Origin: a virus
Reading direction: 5' to 3' (one strand)
Length of the DNA stretch: 64,000 bases
IMG/VR virus record: IMGVR_UViG_3300009008_000009
Coordinates: 32,001-96,000 of that record
Part shown: piece by piece, positions 36,475-46,205 of the stretch
Position numbering within the stretch: the first letter of the stretch is position 1
How the letters are laid out: each line of letters begins with the position of its first letter
The notes under the pieces: model-generated
Told to the model about the DNA's origin: nothing
Database searches by the model: none
The model's input: the letters and a program-made list of their open reading frames with translations, nothing else
Translations under genes and position numbers: made by a program

Positions 36475-37490
36475 TGCGTCCCCTGTACACTTTGGATAAC
36501 CTTGGCAGCCCGAGAACGACCAGCCTCAAATAGATCTGGATCGTTGTCTCCATGTGGGAGCTGGGCGAGCATGTCCACCGGATCAAACTTCACACCTTGT
36601 TCAGTCTCGTTCTTGATGAAGTCCACCAACCTTCCTATCTGGTTCTCGTCGGGGGGCACGGGGGCTGCGTCATCGAAGAGATCCGATCCCGGAACAGCAA
36701 CGGGGCACTTCACAATGTCAATCCGAGGTGCTATGTCTCTACCATAGATCTCGATGTACGCTACTGATGGAATCCGACTCCGACTGTCCTTCGTACCCTT
36801 CAGCCGGGCCAGCGACCCGGGGTTACAAAATACAACTCCATCCCCCCGCGTGTAAACCCCGTACCCGGGGTGGTAATCACCTGAAAGAACGAGGTCTGCG
36901 TTGACATCAGCTTCTTCAAGTAACGTGTGGTCGAACCCATCTGGAAGCGAGTGTTCAACCAATGTCCCATGGGCAAGTACGATGTCATACGCTGCGTCGT
37001 CCTCGTGATCGATGAAGTACCGGCCACGGCCACCATCAAGCCCCGGTGAATGAGGAATGGAAGTTATACGAATATCGTCACCCACCCGGATGGACTCACC
37101 CCGACGAAGAATGATAGCTGTTTCCGACGCCATTAAAGAACCAAGCGCAGATCTCTGTAGGGTGGCTTCCTGATACCCATGTATATCGTGAGACCCAAAG
37201 GTACCAATAAGTGGAGTGTGCGCTGCAGTAAGCGGACGATATATCTGAAGCACGGCATTCACCATACCGTGTCCAACATCGTATGAGTCGAAGTGGTCCC
37301 CACCATGAAGTACAGCGTCAACCGCAAGCTCCGCCGCAAGTTCAACAACCCACCTCTGCTTAGCGAGAATTGTCTGGGGGAAGTTGTCCTTACGCCCAGA
37401 TGGTGATGACCCCCGGTTGTGGGTATCAGTAACAAATAGGGCACGGAGAATTGGATCGCTCATTTTACCTCCGATCCGCAGTAGGGACAA
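36471..37490 (-). CDS. sbcD: SbcD/Mre11-like metallophosphoesterase nuclease
   Basis: TDTH, GGDHFD, GSHD, AHG, GDYH, NPGSL. Confidence 0.9.
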   Translation of the reverse strand: MSLLRIGGKMSDPILRALFVTDTHNRGSSPSGRKDNFPQTILAKQRWVVELAAELAVDAVLHGGDHFDSYDVGHGMVNAVLQIYRPLTAAHTPLIGTFGSHDIHGYQEATLQRSALGSLMASETAIILRRGESIRVGDDIRITSIPHSPGLDGGRGRYFIDHEDDAAYDIVLAHGTLVEHSLPDGFDHTLLEEADVNADLVLSGDYHPGYGVYTRGDGVVFCNPGSLARLKGTKDSRSRIPSVAYIEIYGRDIAPRIDIVKCPVAVPGSDLFDDAAPVPPDENQIGRLVDFIKNETEQGVKFDPVDMLAQLPHGDNDPDLFEAGRSRAAKVIQSVQGTQ

Positions 37491-38593
37491 GCTCCAAGTT
37501 CATGGAGAAGATCATCGTACTCTTCTTCGGCCTCGGAAAGCTCACTCCGAAGTCGGTCTACCTGTTTGTCAGCCTGCTTGATATCACTATCAACATCCGC
37601 AATCGCGGAAAGAGCAGTTAATTGATCTAACACGGTGATGGCCTGATCAACGAGATCAGCCTGAACTTCCATGTTAGACAACTTCAACTTCGTCTCTCGA
37701 ATGGAGTCGTTGATGTCTGAAAGGGAGTCGGACACCGCCGTGAGATCGATTACCTGTTGGATTGCCTCCTCAGCCTCGCCCCATGGAAGGTCAGAAACGG
37801 AGTGCAGCTCCTCCATCCGGGTCTTGGCTATCCGGCCATCGCGGTTAATGCGAGTCAGGTCTTCCCTGACCGACGTCAGTGACTTCACCCGGGATCGGAG
37901 ATCTCGAACCGCCGACACCTTAGAGTCTAGGACAGCAAACGTCTGCTTGAGCTCCAAGACCGGAAAGCGGTCAACCTGCTCACTGAGCTCCAGTGCCCCG
38001 GCGTTCAGGGTCTTCAAGTCCCGGTTCGTGTTAACCCGGTCCTTCGAAATCTGACGCATAGATTCAAGTACAGAGTCCAGTGAGATAGCAATGGAAAATA
38101 CCCGAGCAGCAACTGACCCCGGGCGGCTCATCAGGAACCCCTTATGGTTCTGCTGGTGCCCGAAGTTCATGTCAATGACGTCGTCCCGACCGGCCCCGAA
38201 AGACAGCACTGGACTGATGCCAATAACATCCATAACCTCAGCCGGAATGGTATTCCCAAACTTGGAAAACACCTGCTTATTGTCCGGGTCTTTTGAGGTT
38301 CGAACTATGTACTTATTCGACTTCAGCCGAGGCTTATCACCACTCGTACGCTCAACGACGCGAGTAACCTTGCCCCGTTTGGTAATAAGCATCACTCGGG
38401 TCTTTGTCTGCCCGTTTGCAATGTAGAACGTACCGGTGAATTCGTCACGGCACACAAGACGCAGAGCTCGAGTCAGTGCTGACTTACCATACCCATTACG
38501 CCCAATAACAACGTTCAACCCCGGAGTAAACCTCAGGGTGGCCTTTCGTATGGACTGGTAGTTCTCAATGACCGCCTTGCGAATGATTGTCAT
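37460..38593 (-). CDS. sbcC: SbcC/Rad50-like N-terminal half (Walker A, coiled coil, Zn hook)
   Basis: IENYQS, GRNGYGKS, C-terminal CPYC. Confidence 0.85.
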   Translation of the reverse strand: MTIIRKAVIENYQSIRKATLRFTPGLNVVIGRNGYGKSALTRALRLVCRDEFTGTFYIANGQTKTRVMLITKRGKVTRVVERTSGDKPRLKSNKYIVRTSKDPDNKQVFSKFGNTIPAEVMDVIGISPVLSFGAGRDDVIDMNFGHQQNHKGFLMSRPGSVAARVFSIAISLDSVLESMRQISKDRVNTNRDLKTLNAGALELSEQVDRFPVLELKQTFAVLDSKVSAVRDLRSRVKSLTSVREDLTRINRDGRIAKTRMEELHSVSDLPWGEAEEAIQQVIDLTAVSDSLSDINDSIRETKLKLSNMEVQADLVDQAITVLDQLTALSAIADVDSDIKQADKQVDRLRSELSEAEEEYDDLLHELGACPYCGSEVK

Positions 38594-39078
38594 AAGGTAT
38601 CCCCACGGAGAAGGGCCTCTCTGACACAGTGAAAGTGGTAAAGCCCGATAAAGAATGCGTCCTGCACGTGCTCGGTGACGTCCTTGCGCTTTCTTGCCTG
38701 CTTCGCAAACGCAATGGAAATAGAGTCGCGGGACGGGTCACCATGTCCAACTGCCCACTTACGTACAACCTGAATGCCGTAAGGGAAAAGACGAATGTTC
38801 AAGTTATTCATCTCTTGCTTTATGGCACCAGTATTCTCGTGCAGATTGGTTCCACCCTTACCACCCGCTGCATATGCATAGTCTTCGAACGCTACCTCCT
38901 TCACGTCGAAGACAGCGGCAATCGTGCCAATGACCCCGGCGTTGTAGGCAATGCGCTTCACAGGGTGAGTAAGGCCAGCGGGCGGAGACACCGTGGTCCA
39001 GTAGACCAACTCGTCCTCCGCCCGAAACACGCACACTCCGGTGTTGCGAAGTGCTATGTCAAGGCTCATGACGATCAA
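38590..39078 (-). CDS. ruvC: RuvC-like Holliday junction resolvase
   Basis: SLDIALRNTG, AFEDY, HVQDAF. Confidence 0.8.
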   Translation of the reverse strand: MIVMSLDIALRNTGVCVFRAEDELVYWTTVSPPAGLTHPVKRIAYNAGVIGTIAAVFDVKEVAFEDYAYAAGGKGGTNLHENTGAIKQEMNNLNIRLFPYGIQVVRKWAVGHGDPSRDSISIAFAKQARKRKDVTEHVQDAFFIGLYHFHCVREALLRGDTL

Positions 39079-39081
39079 GGA

Positions 39082-39843
39082 TCAATCTTCATCATCGAAG
39101 TCGTCATCATCCTCGAACATGTCATCGTCATCGTCCTCATCGTCGTCCTCAACGGGCTTCGATTTGGACTTCTTCTTGGACGTTGACTTCTTCTTGGACG
39201 ACTTCTTCTTCGGAGCTGGCTCGTCATCATCATCGTCATCGTCGAAGTCATCATCATCGTCATCGAAGTCGTCATCATCCTCTTCCTCGTCCCGCTTACT
39301 GCGCTTCGACTTGGAGGCTGTCGACTTCTTCTTGGACGTGGACTTCTTCGACTTCTTTTTCTTCTTCGGAGCCGGTTCGTCGTCCTCGTCGTCCTCGTCG
39401 TACTCTTCGATACGTTCGATGTTGGCGTACTCCTTTTCCCCGTCCTTCTTACCGAGGGTGTGGATATAAACCACGGTGCCAATCATCTCATCGATATCGT
39501 AGTCGTCACCGATGTCGACTTCTTCGCCGTTGAGGATATTCAAGTTCTCGGTGTTCTTACCGGAGACGCCACCGTCCTCGGTGATCCAGACCACCATATT
39601 GATCTTCTGCCCGGCAAGAGCATCCTCGTACTTGCCGTTCGGCGATTCGAGAACTTCAAAGGTCAGCTCAAGGCATGGAAACTTCTTCGCGCCCTTGGTC
39701 GTCTCTTTGTAGTCCACCAACTCTGCCAGAAACTTTCCCGTGTCTTTGAGAAAGTTACCAGCCCTACGCTGGAGTTTCATGGGTACTGCCTCCTCAGTCT
39801 TGGTTTTCAGGTGTGAATTCACCAATTCGAGCTTGTATGTCAA
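39082..39843 (-). CDS. Putative ssDNA-binding (OB-like) protein with alternating acidic/basic low-complexity tail; start probably MKLQRR at 39780
   Basis: Beta-rich N-domain, DDDDEPAPKKK repeats, acidic end; GAGG before ATG 39780; sits in the recombination cluster. Confidence 0.55.
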   Translation of the reverse strand: MTYKLELVNSHLKTKTEEAVPMKLQRRAGNFLKDTGKFLAELVDYKETTKGAKKFPCLELTFEVLESPNGKYEDALAGQKINMVVWITEDGGVSGKNTENLNILNGEEVDIGDDYDIDEMIGTVVYIHTLGKKDGEKEYANIERIEEYDEDDEDDEPAPKKKKKSKKSTSKKKSTASKSKRSKRDEEEDDDDFDDDDDDFDDDDDDDEPAPKKKSSKKKSTSKKKSKSKPVEDDDEDDDDDMFEDDDDFDDED

Positions 39844-40432
39844 TAATCGATGTCTGGACCTTGATGGACGTCAGTGCAACGTCGAGTGTGCCGCTCTTGA
39901 TCCTGCACACTTCAAGAAAGTCCTGACACCGGAGAATAGCCTGATCGATCTTGTCGCCGACACGTGAGATATCAGCCGTCGCATCTGCGATGTACGTGTC
40001 TCGCTCATCCTTATTCTTCTTCTCTTTGTAGTCCTTCTTCCGCATGGCAGCGGCCTTTGCATCTGAAAGGACTCGGTTGAAGTCGACACGGAGCGACTGC
40101 CACTCAGATCGAATGGCAATGGCCTCAGACCGACGAGCAGTGAGTACTTGCTTATGTCCAAGGATTGAGGCTGCGACTGCCTTCGTGTAGTTCAACCCGG
40201 CCACGGCTGGGTCTTCTGGAATATCAACGTCAAGCCGGATGACATCGTTTTGAATGGCAGAGAAGTCTGGAATTCCTGCGGCGTCCACTGCGTCCTTAAT
40301 TGCGGGAAAGTCCTCGAAAGGAGTGAAGGACATTGGAGTCAAACTCTGGGTATTCGAATCACCACCACCACGTGCAATAGGTCCGTGGTTCAATGAAACG
40401 GGCGATGAGTCTCGCCGACGATTCAGCTTCAC
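39794..40432 (-). CDS. Helical protein, possible UvsY-like recombination mediator
   Basis: Coiled-coil, KNKDERDTYI segment, near recA; function inferred. Confidence 0.4.
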   Translation of the reverse strand: MKLNRRRDSSPVSLNHGPIARGGGDSNTQSLTPMSFTPFEDFPAIKDAVDAAGIPDFSAIQNDVIRLDVDIPEDPAVAGLNYTKAVAASILGHKQVLTARRSEAIAIRSEWQSLRVDFNRVLSDAKAAAMRKKDYKEKKNKDERDTYIADATADISRVGDKIDQAILRCQDFLEVCRIKSGTLDVALTSIKVQTSIIDIQARIGEFTPENQD

Positions 40433-40764
40433 TTCTTGCTCCTTTTCTCTCTATCGAGAAGACGTTCATACCGCTTTTTGATCTCAGGTTTACTGTGCCG
40501 GAAAGCCAAGTCGATCAGCCTGTCACTCTTCCGGCAAACACGAACCTGATGGCGCATAGACGGGCGTACTGTTTCTTCGAAGATCCGCTGCGCTGCTTCC
40601 AGCGCCTCCTCCTCGGTTCCGGGCGGGTCAAGTTCAGCCTCTGCTGCCGCGCCGACTCCCAGCCGCTGTTCCCCAATGAAGTTGTAGTCCATCGAAGCCC
40701 ATACCTTAACAGATTTTACTCTGACTTCACTTGCCACGTCGCGCCGCCACACTTGTTCGTTCAA
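40429..40764 (-). CDS. Hypothetical protein
   Basis: 111-aa ORF. Confidence 0.55.
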   Translation of the reverse strand: MNEQVWRRDVASEVRVKSVKVWASMDYNFIGEQRLGVGAAAEAELDPPGTEEEALEAAQRIFEETVRPSMRHQVRVCRKSDRLIDLAFRHSKPEIKKRYERLLDREKRSKK

Positions 40765-42043
40765 TCATCATCTGGTATATCGACATGTAGAATTGTCTGT
40801 CTTCCTGTAAGGATGCCTTGGCCTCCTTGACATTCTTGAACTCACGGCCATCTGGGAAGATGAGTTTTCTACCGTCCATCTCAATAAGTTGGGACTTGAC
40901 CCCCTCTTCAATGATCGGGGATACAGAGTCCGCACCCTCATAATAGGAAAGTTGGAATTTGAACTTACGACCACGGGGGGCCAGCCGGTTCTTGTCCACA
41001 ATGCCGGAAACAGAGTGAGCGATCATTTCCTTCATGCCGCCAGTTTCACTCCACACAACCCCACTTGGTGCATCGAACTGAATGGACTGCTGGGTGTAAA
41101 ACTCAACCGCGTCGGCTGCCCCCTGCTTGGCCTCACCACCCCGAGAGTATGTCCCGGCGATTGGGTCGTGAGTTCCGTAAGTTTGTGAGGTCTTGCGGCG
41201 GGGCTGCACAATCATAATAACAGCAGTTGATGTTCGACGGAGATTGGGCATTAATGCCTCAAGGAACCGAGTCTGCATCCGTGCCTTATCGCCCAACCGT
41301 GGATCTTTCTGAAGTGACCTCTCCAGCTCACCCTTGGAAACCGACGCGGTGATGGAATCATAACCTACAATACCAAACTCACCGCTACCAGCCCGGGCCA
41401 AGGTCTCATCGAATGCCTCGTCACCCGCACCGGGTTCGAAGATCTCCAACGCACCGGCTTCATACATCTGCTCGGCACCGGGCAGGTTGAAGAACCTTTG
41501 CTCTTCGAACGCGTCCTCTGCGTCCACAATAAGTGACTTCTTCCCAAACGCATAATACGTATAGATCATCAAGATGTAGAGCAGATAGGACTTGGAAGAT
41601 TGTGACGGACCCCAGAAACGATGGGCTTTCCCACCCGCAAGTCCACCAACACCAAGCGCCATGTCAACTGGAAGAATCCCGGTCGGGTAAATGATGAGTG
41701 GCTTGCGCTTGAGTCTATAGGTACCCTTGGGAACCGACAACTTCGGAGTGTTGATATCAATGAGGTCAGCGTCGCGAAGAGTTGGAATATCAAATACATC
41801 TCGCTCAAGAATCGCTGCTGCGTTCTTGGCGACGATGATAACCTCAGCGTTCTGGTGAATGGATCTCTTGGTTGCCGCAACGCAAACACGCGTGGGGCCA
41901 ATTTCCATCATGCCTTTCTTATCATCCCAAGGCTCAACAACACGACCGTTGAACTTCTTCCTGATAAGATTGAATGCTTCCTCGGCAGAAACCTTTGTCA
42001 CCTTCTTCGCATTCCGCTTCTTCAGCACCTTTACCTCCGTCAA
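40727..42043 (-). CDS. recA: RecA/UvsX-like recombinase
   Basis: PTGILPVDMALGVGGL, GPSQSSKS, VDAE, YDSI, KNRLAP. Confidence 0.9.
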   Translation of the reverse strand: MTEVKVLKKRNAKKVTKVSAEEAFNLIRKKFNGRVVEPWDDKKGMMEIGPTRVCVAATKRSIHQNAEVIIVAKNAAAILERDVFDIPTLRDADLIDINTPKLSVPKGTYRLKRKPLIIYPTGILPVDMALGVGGLAGGKAHRFWGPSQSSKSYLLYILMIYTYYAFGKKSLIVDAEDAFEEQRFFNLPGAEQMYEAGALEIFEPGAGDEAFDETLARAGSGEFGIVGYDSITASVSKGELERSLQKDPRLGDKARMQTRFLEALMPNLRRTSTAVIMIVQPRRKTSQTYGTHDPIAGTYSRGGEAKQGAADAVEFYTQQSIQFDAPSGVVWSETGGMKEMIAHSVSGIVDKNRLAPRGRKFKFQLSYYEGADSVSPIIEEGVKSQLIEMDGRKLIFPDGREFKNVKEAKASLQEDRQFYMSIYQMMIERTSVAARRGK

Positions 42044-42084
42044 CGATCAGAAGTTTAAGTTAATAACCTGCACAACGCAAGGGC

Positions 42085-44643
42085 TCACGCAGCAATTTTG
42101 TACTTCTCAAACTCACCCCATCGATACCCAACTTCCATGTCGATCTTTAACTTGACATTGAAATCGGCAAATGGTGGAGCCAGTGCGATGTCGTTAACCA
42201 GTATGGCAACTTCATGGAGATGTTCTTCTGCGACCTCAACGATAACACTATCATGCACGGTAAGCACTGGCATTGATCCGAGCATTGATCTAGTGGCTCG
42301 GTCGTAGGGCTTAAGATACCCCTCACGTTCAAGTGCTGCCATGATCTGGTAGATCTTCATGTTGGTGATGTGTGCAGCCGCACCCTGAATCGGTGAGTTG
42401 ACTGCCTGCCTGTGCGCACGCCCGACCAGCCCCTTCTCACCCGCGTAAGGAATACGGCGTGGGCGACCAAACATAGAGAATACGATCTTGTTCTCGTCGG
42501 CTGTCTCTTGGGTAAGCTCAATCCACTGTGCTGCCTTCTTGAACTTCTCGAAGTACTTAGTCTGAAAGTCCTTCATGAGCTCAATCGGCAAGTGGTACAT
42601 CTTAGCTGCGGCCTCAGCACTTCCACCGTAAATCACAAGGAAGGTCACCGACTTAGCTGCTGTACGGAGATCAACTACCTCCTCAACCTCGTCCAGATAC
42701 TTCCGAAGAGTGTCATCGTAGTCAAGCTCAAACACCTGAACGGCGGTACTGAGATGGACATCCTCTGAGTCGCAGGCATAGGCCAGTGCGTCGTCCTGCG
42801 AGTCGTAGGCAAGGGTACGGACTTCCATCTGACTGAAGTCAAAGTACAGGAGTACGTAGCCCTTCTTCGCAATGAATACTCCCTTGACCTTCTTACCCCA
42901 GTACTTCTGAGCTTCGCTTTTCTTACCACCACCCCCGGGGATGTTCTGGAGGTTCGGGTTTGCGCTGGCCAGACGCCAAGTAACCGTCCGGGCCTGCATG
43001 TACGACCCGTGAATACGACCGTCCACCTGCCCACGATAGATGGGGGTGGCGTAGGTCGACAGCAGCTTGGACACCGTGCGCAGGGAAAGTACGAGAGACG
43101 CAACCCGTGAAGTGTCTGTGATAACCTCTAGATGATTCTTGTCCGTCTTGTACTTGGGACGGCCACGGGCGTCGGTCACAACGTTCCCGTTGAAGTCCTC
43201 CTCGTGCAGCAACTCCATGTCAACACCCTCCTCACGGAGGGCGTCAATGATCTCCTGCTTGCTGTCCGGATTTACTGTCCGACCGAACTCGCGTCGCATC
43301 TGCAACGTCAGCTTCTCTTCCTCAGCCTCTAGATCTTTGATCAACTGTGGGAGGAGACTGACATCAACCTCGGCACCCCGGATTTCCATCTTGGTGAGTG
43401 CGTCGTTGAGCAGCATGTCATGGCGTCGTAGCTTCTTGTACTCAGGAACAGTTCGAGATAGGTATCGGTCGTGCAACCGGGCGATCCGGTGCGTTGTGTC
43501 GGTGTCTGTACTCGCGTACTCAGAGATAACCGGAAGTGGGTGGGCTGCCATGTCACGGTACCCCTCACCCTCCCCTTTAATCATCTTCTTGAATCCACGG
43601 AACTGTGGAAGGTACAGGTCAACCTGAGCATCAAGTGCGTGGGACTTCTGATTCTCGTCTCTGAGGTGTGCTGCGATCAACGTATCCATCTTAATGTTCT
43701 TGATCTGGATACCGTAATCGAACCACAAGATCTCAGCGTCATATTTGATGTTCTGGTTGATCTTGGGAATGGAACTCTCGCAAAGCTCGCGGAGCAGCTC
43801 AAGTATGTAATCCTGATCCTTCTTCCAGAAGTCACGCAGCTTACGAGACATGACCGGACGGATGCGAAGTGGTAGATAGGCTGCCCGACCCTCCTTCCAG
43901 CTGAACGAGATGCCGAGAATCTTGTCCTTGAGGACGTTCGGTCGATCTGCGTTTGGATCGTGGTTCTGAGCTTCGACATCGAGAACCAGTCGCTTGGCCT
44001 TCTTGATACCCCTGAAAAACTTCACTGCCTTTTTCTTAGTGTCAAGGGTATAGTACTTTCGATCTATGAGTCGTTCGCCGGTAGCCAAGCGCTTACCCAT
44101 ACGAAAGTCCTCAACCATTCGTTGGCGGTTCGCTGGGTTTCTACCGGGGAGACAGCCTGCTGGGTGGTAAGTTGGAATAACAATGAACTCGTGCCCATCA
44201 ATTTCACACTTGATCGGAGTACCGCGCATCTCCTTGACCGCCCGGGACTTCCCGGTCAGCATCTTGATGGCGGTAAACCCCATCGCTACCACAACCTTCG
44301 GTTTGAGTCGAGCTATCTCCGGAAAAAGGAACTCGTCCGGGCAGATGCTCAGTGCTTCAACCGCGTCAGGGTGCTTGATCTTGTTGTTCGGTGGGCGACA
44401 TCGGAGTACATTGAGAACTGTTGCCTTGCGACGTGGGATACCAATCTCATCCAGCGCTGGGTCGAATACAGTGGTGCCCGCAGCCCCAACAAATGGGATG
44501 CCTTTTTTATCCTCATCCTTTCCGGGGGCTTCCCCAACAAAGATGAGATCAACGAGATGTGGTTTGCGCGGACCTGATCCTACAACGACCTGCGTAACCT
44601 GATCAGCAAGGGGGCAGTTGTCACATGGATTTGTTCTGCTCAT
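42085..44643 (-). CDS. polA: Family A DNA polymerase with N-terminal family-4 uracil-DNA glycosylase domain
   Basis: GEAPG..ED..G.PFVG, CRPP, TYHPA (UDG); DVE, QNIKYD (exo); RLASANPNLQNIP, DFSQMEVR, AKSVTF..IYG, TVHDS (pol). Confidence 0.95.
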   Translation of the reverse strand: MSRTNPCDNCPLADQVTQVVVGSGPRKPHLVDLIFVGEAPGKDEDKKGIPFVGAAGTTVFDPALDEIGIPRRKATVLNVLRCRPPNNKIKHPDAVEALSICPDEFLFPEIARLKPKVVVAMGFTAIKMLTGKSRAVKEMRGTPIKCEIDGHEFIVIPTYHPAGCLPGRNPANRQRMVEDFRMGKRLATGERLIDRKYYTLDTKKKAVKFFRGIKKAKRLVLDVEAQNHDPNADRPNVLKDKILGISFSWKEGRAAYLPLRIRPVMSRKLRDFWKKDQDYILELLRELCESSIPKINQNIKYDAEILWFDYGIQIKNIKMDTLIAAHLRDENQKSHALDAQVDLYLPQFRGFKKMIKGEGEGYRDMAAHPLPVISEYASTDTDTTHRIARLHDRYLSRTVPEYKKLRRHDMLLNDALTKMEIRGAEVDVSLLPQLIKDLEAEEEKLTLQMRREFGRTVNPDSKQEIIDALREEGVDMELLHEEDFNGNVVTDARGRPKYKTDKNHLEVITDTSRVASLVLSLRTVSKLLSTYATPIYRGQVDGRIHGSYMQARTVTWRLASANPNLQNIPGGGGKKSEAQKYWGKKVKGVFIAKKGYVLLYFDFSQMEVRTLAYDSQDDALAYACDSEDVHLSTAVQVFELDYDDTLRKYLDEVEEVVDLRTAAKSVTFLVIYGGSAEAAAKMYHLPIELMKDFQTKYFEKFKKAAQWIELTQETADENKIVFSMFGRPRRIPYAGEKGLVGRAHRQAVNSPIQGAAAHITNMKIYQIMAALEREGYLKPYDRATRSMLGSMPVLTVHDSVIVEVAEEHLHEVAILVNDIALAPPFADFNVKLKIDMEVGYRWGEFEKYKIAA

Positions 44644-45041
44644 GACTCACGGCGTTTGAGACGTAGCTTTCTCTTTGGTTTATCCAACGAGACAGCCTTC
44701 GGTTCTTCTGAATCGGGAACACGGCGCAGCTTGAAAGACTCGCGCTTAATCAGGGTGCGCGTTCCCCGGTGGTCGTCGATTGGGTGGTCTTCTACGTCTT
44801 CACCAATATCATCGTCATCGGCGTCAGGAACAACCTCCTCTTGAAGGTCAACTACGTCAGGGGGAGTCGGCGCACCACGCAACGACATGTAGTGATCAAG
44901 AACCACACGACGTAAGTCCTTGTCGCTGATCTCTGGATCGTGAACAATCGCGAACTCCTCGCAGATCTGCCGGAGACTTTTCCGGGAGATAAACTGGAGC
45001 ATCGCGGCCACGATCACCTGTGTTTTTCCTGCGGCGCTCAC
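44640..45041 (-). CDS. Hypothetical protein
   Basis: 133 aa with overlaps on both sides. Confidence 0.55.
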   Translation of the reverse strand: MSAAGKTQVIVAAMLQFISRKSLRQICEEFAIVHDPEISDKDLRRVVLDHYMSLRGAPTPPDVVDLQEEVVPDADDDDIGEDVEDHPIDDHRGTRTLIKRESFKLRRVPDSEEPKAVSLDKPKRKLRLKRRES

Positions 45042-46183
45042 TCCTTGATATCCTCCCGTGGTAGCAACATTACCTGAGTACCCAACTCTTCAGATTCAGA
45101 GCAGGCTGGGGACTCGCCATCGGTCAGCCGGAGCTCGAAGCTCTCGTCGTACAGGTCCGTGAGAACGGCGAGTGATGAGTAGTCGAATCGAATTGACATA
45201 CCATCGACGTCACCTTCGGTCAGTTCATATGAAATGACCTCTTGAATACGGTTACTGGTACTGTCTGACTCACCTGTGATTACCAGCCGCTTACCCTTAA
45301 AGTTCAGCCGACATACGACCGACTCACCAAAGAACCCGTGGATGGCCTTGAGGGCTGTGTTGAACTCAGCGGCGTCGATGGTAATCGAACACTCTGCTTC
45401 TTCAAACACCGCCTCCCGGGCGTCCTGAATCTCAGAGTGTGGAAAGTTACTATCTTCCACAGTGTACACACAAGCGTACATGCTGGAGTCCACATCCTTG
45501 ATCCAAAGCGCACCGTCGCTCCAGTAGAAGTAAAGTACGTCACCGGGGATGAGCTTGAGCACCGCAAAGAGGTCGGCGGGAAGAACAGTCCTGAATCCAA
45601 ACTTATGCTCCGTGTTCTGGAACATGGCCCGGAAGGTATCGGTGGCGATGAACTTGCCGTCACCATTGGTCCAGATACCGTTCAGGTGCCGCTGCTTTGG
45701 GTCAGCGCAGGACAAAACGATCTGAGACATAACCCGGAAGGTATCCATCCCCTTCACCTTGGTAAACATGTCGTCGTCAGGAACGTCAGTCGGGTTGTCA
45801 ACGTACTGCTCGTACGCGTCGCCGTCCATGTAATCAATCTCAGCTCGCTTGCGCTTGCCGGACGCAACCATGAGCATGCTTCCCTTTGGATTCATGGAAA
45901 GTCGTACGGTGTCGTCCTTCGACCCACGGGCAAACTTAGTGATCTTCGTGAGATCGGCGGCGCAGGTTTGGAATGTACCTGTCGCACACTTGATATCCCG
46001 GAAGATGATCGTGGTCGTTTCGTTGGTTGCGCACAGGGAAACTGCGTCGTTACCACATCGCTCGACGAAGAGCATCCTTCGGAACTCAGCGTCCTTCGCT
46101 TTCGGACGGCATGCAGATGAAATCCGCTCAACAGCGTCTGCAAAAACCTCCCGGTTCACAGACAGTGGGGTTGGCTTCGCCAT
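45038..46183 (-). CDS. dnaN: DNA polymerase III beta-like sliding clamp
   Basis: 381 aa, LCATN, LNGI, IATDTFR, NFP, C-terminal VMLLP; next to dnaX. Confidence 0.8.
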   Translation of the reverse strand: MAKPTPLSVNREVFADAVERISSACRPKAKDAEFRRMLFVERCGNDAVSLCATNETTTIIFRDIKCATGTFQTCAADLTKITKFARGSKDDTVRLSMNPKGSMLMVASGKRKRAEIDYMDGDAYEQYVDNPTDVPDDDMFTKVKGMDTFRVMSQIVLSCADPKQRHLNGIWTNGDGKFIATDTFRAMFQNTEHKFGFRTVLPADLFAVLKLIPGDVLYFYWSDGALWIKDVDSSMYACVYTVEDSNFPHSEIQDAREAVFEEAECSITIDAAEFNTALKAIHGFFGESVVCRLNFKGKRLVITGESDSTSNRIQEVISYELTEGDVDGMSIRFDYSSLAVLTDLYDESFELRLTDGESPACSESEELGTQVMLLPREDIKE

Positions 46184-46205
46184 TTCACACTCCTAGATCT
46201 GTATC

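Noticed and set aside
39041-39533. Ser-rich, Arg/His-rich and Thr/Met-rich ORFs and an apparent trinucleotide repeat
   Set aside because: Alternative-frame shadows of the Asp/Lys-rich coding tail
33596-46120. Long + strand ORFs (e.g. 33596..34324, 43960..44577, 45338..46120)
   Set aside because: Antisense shadows of terL, polA and dnaN with no motifs
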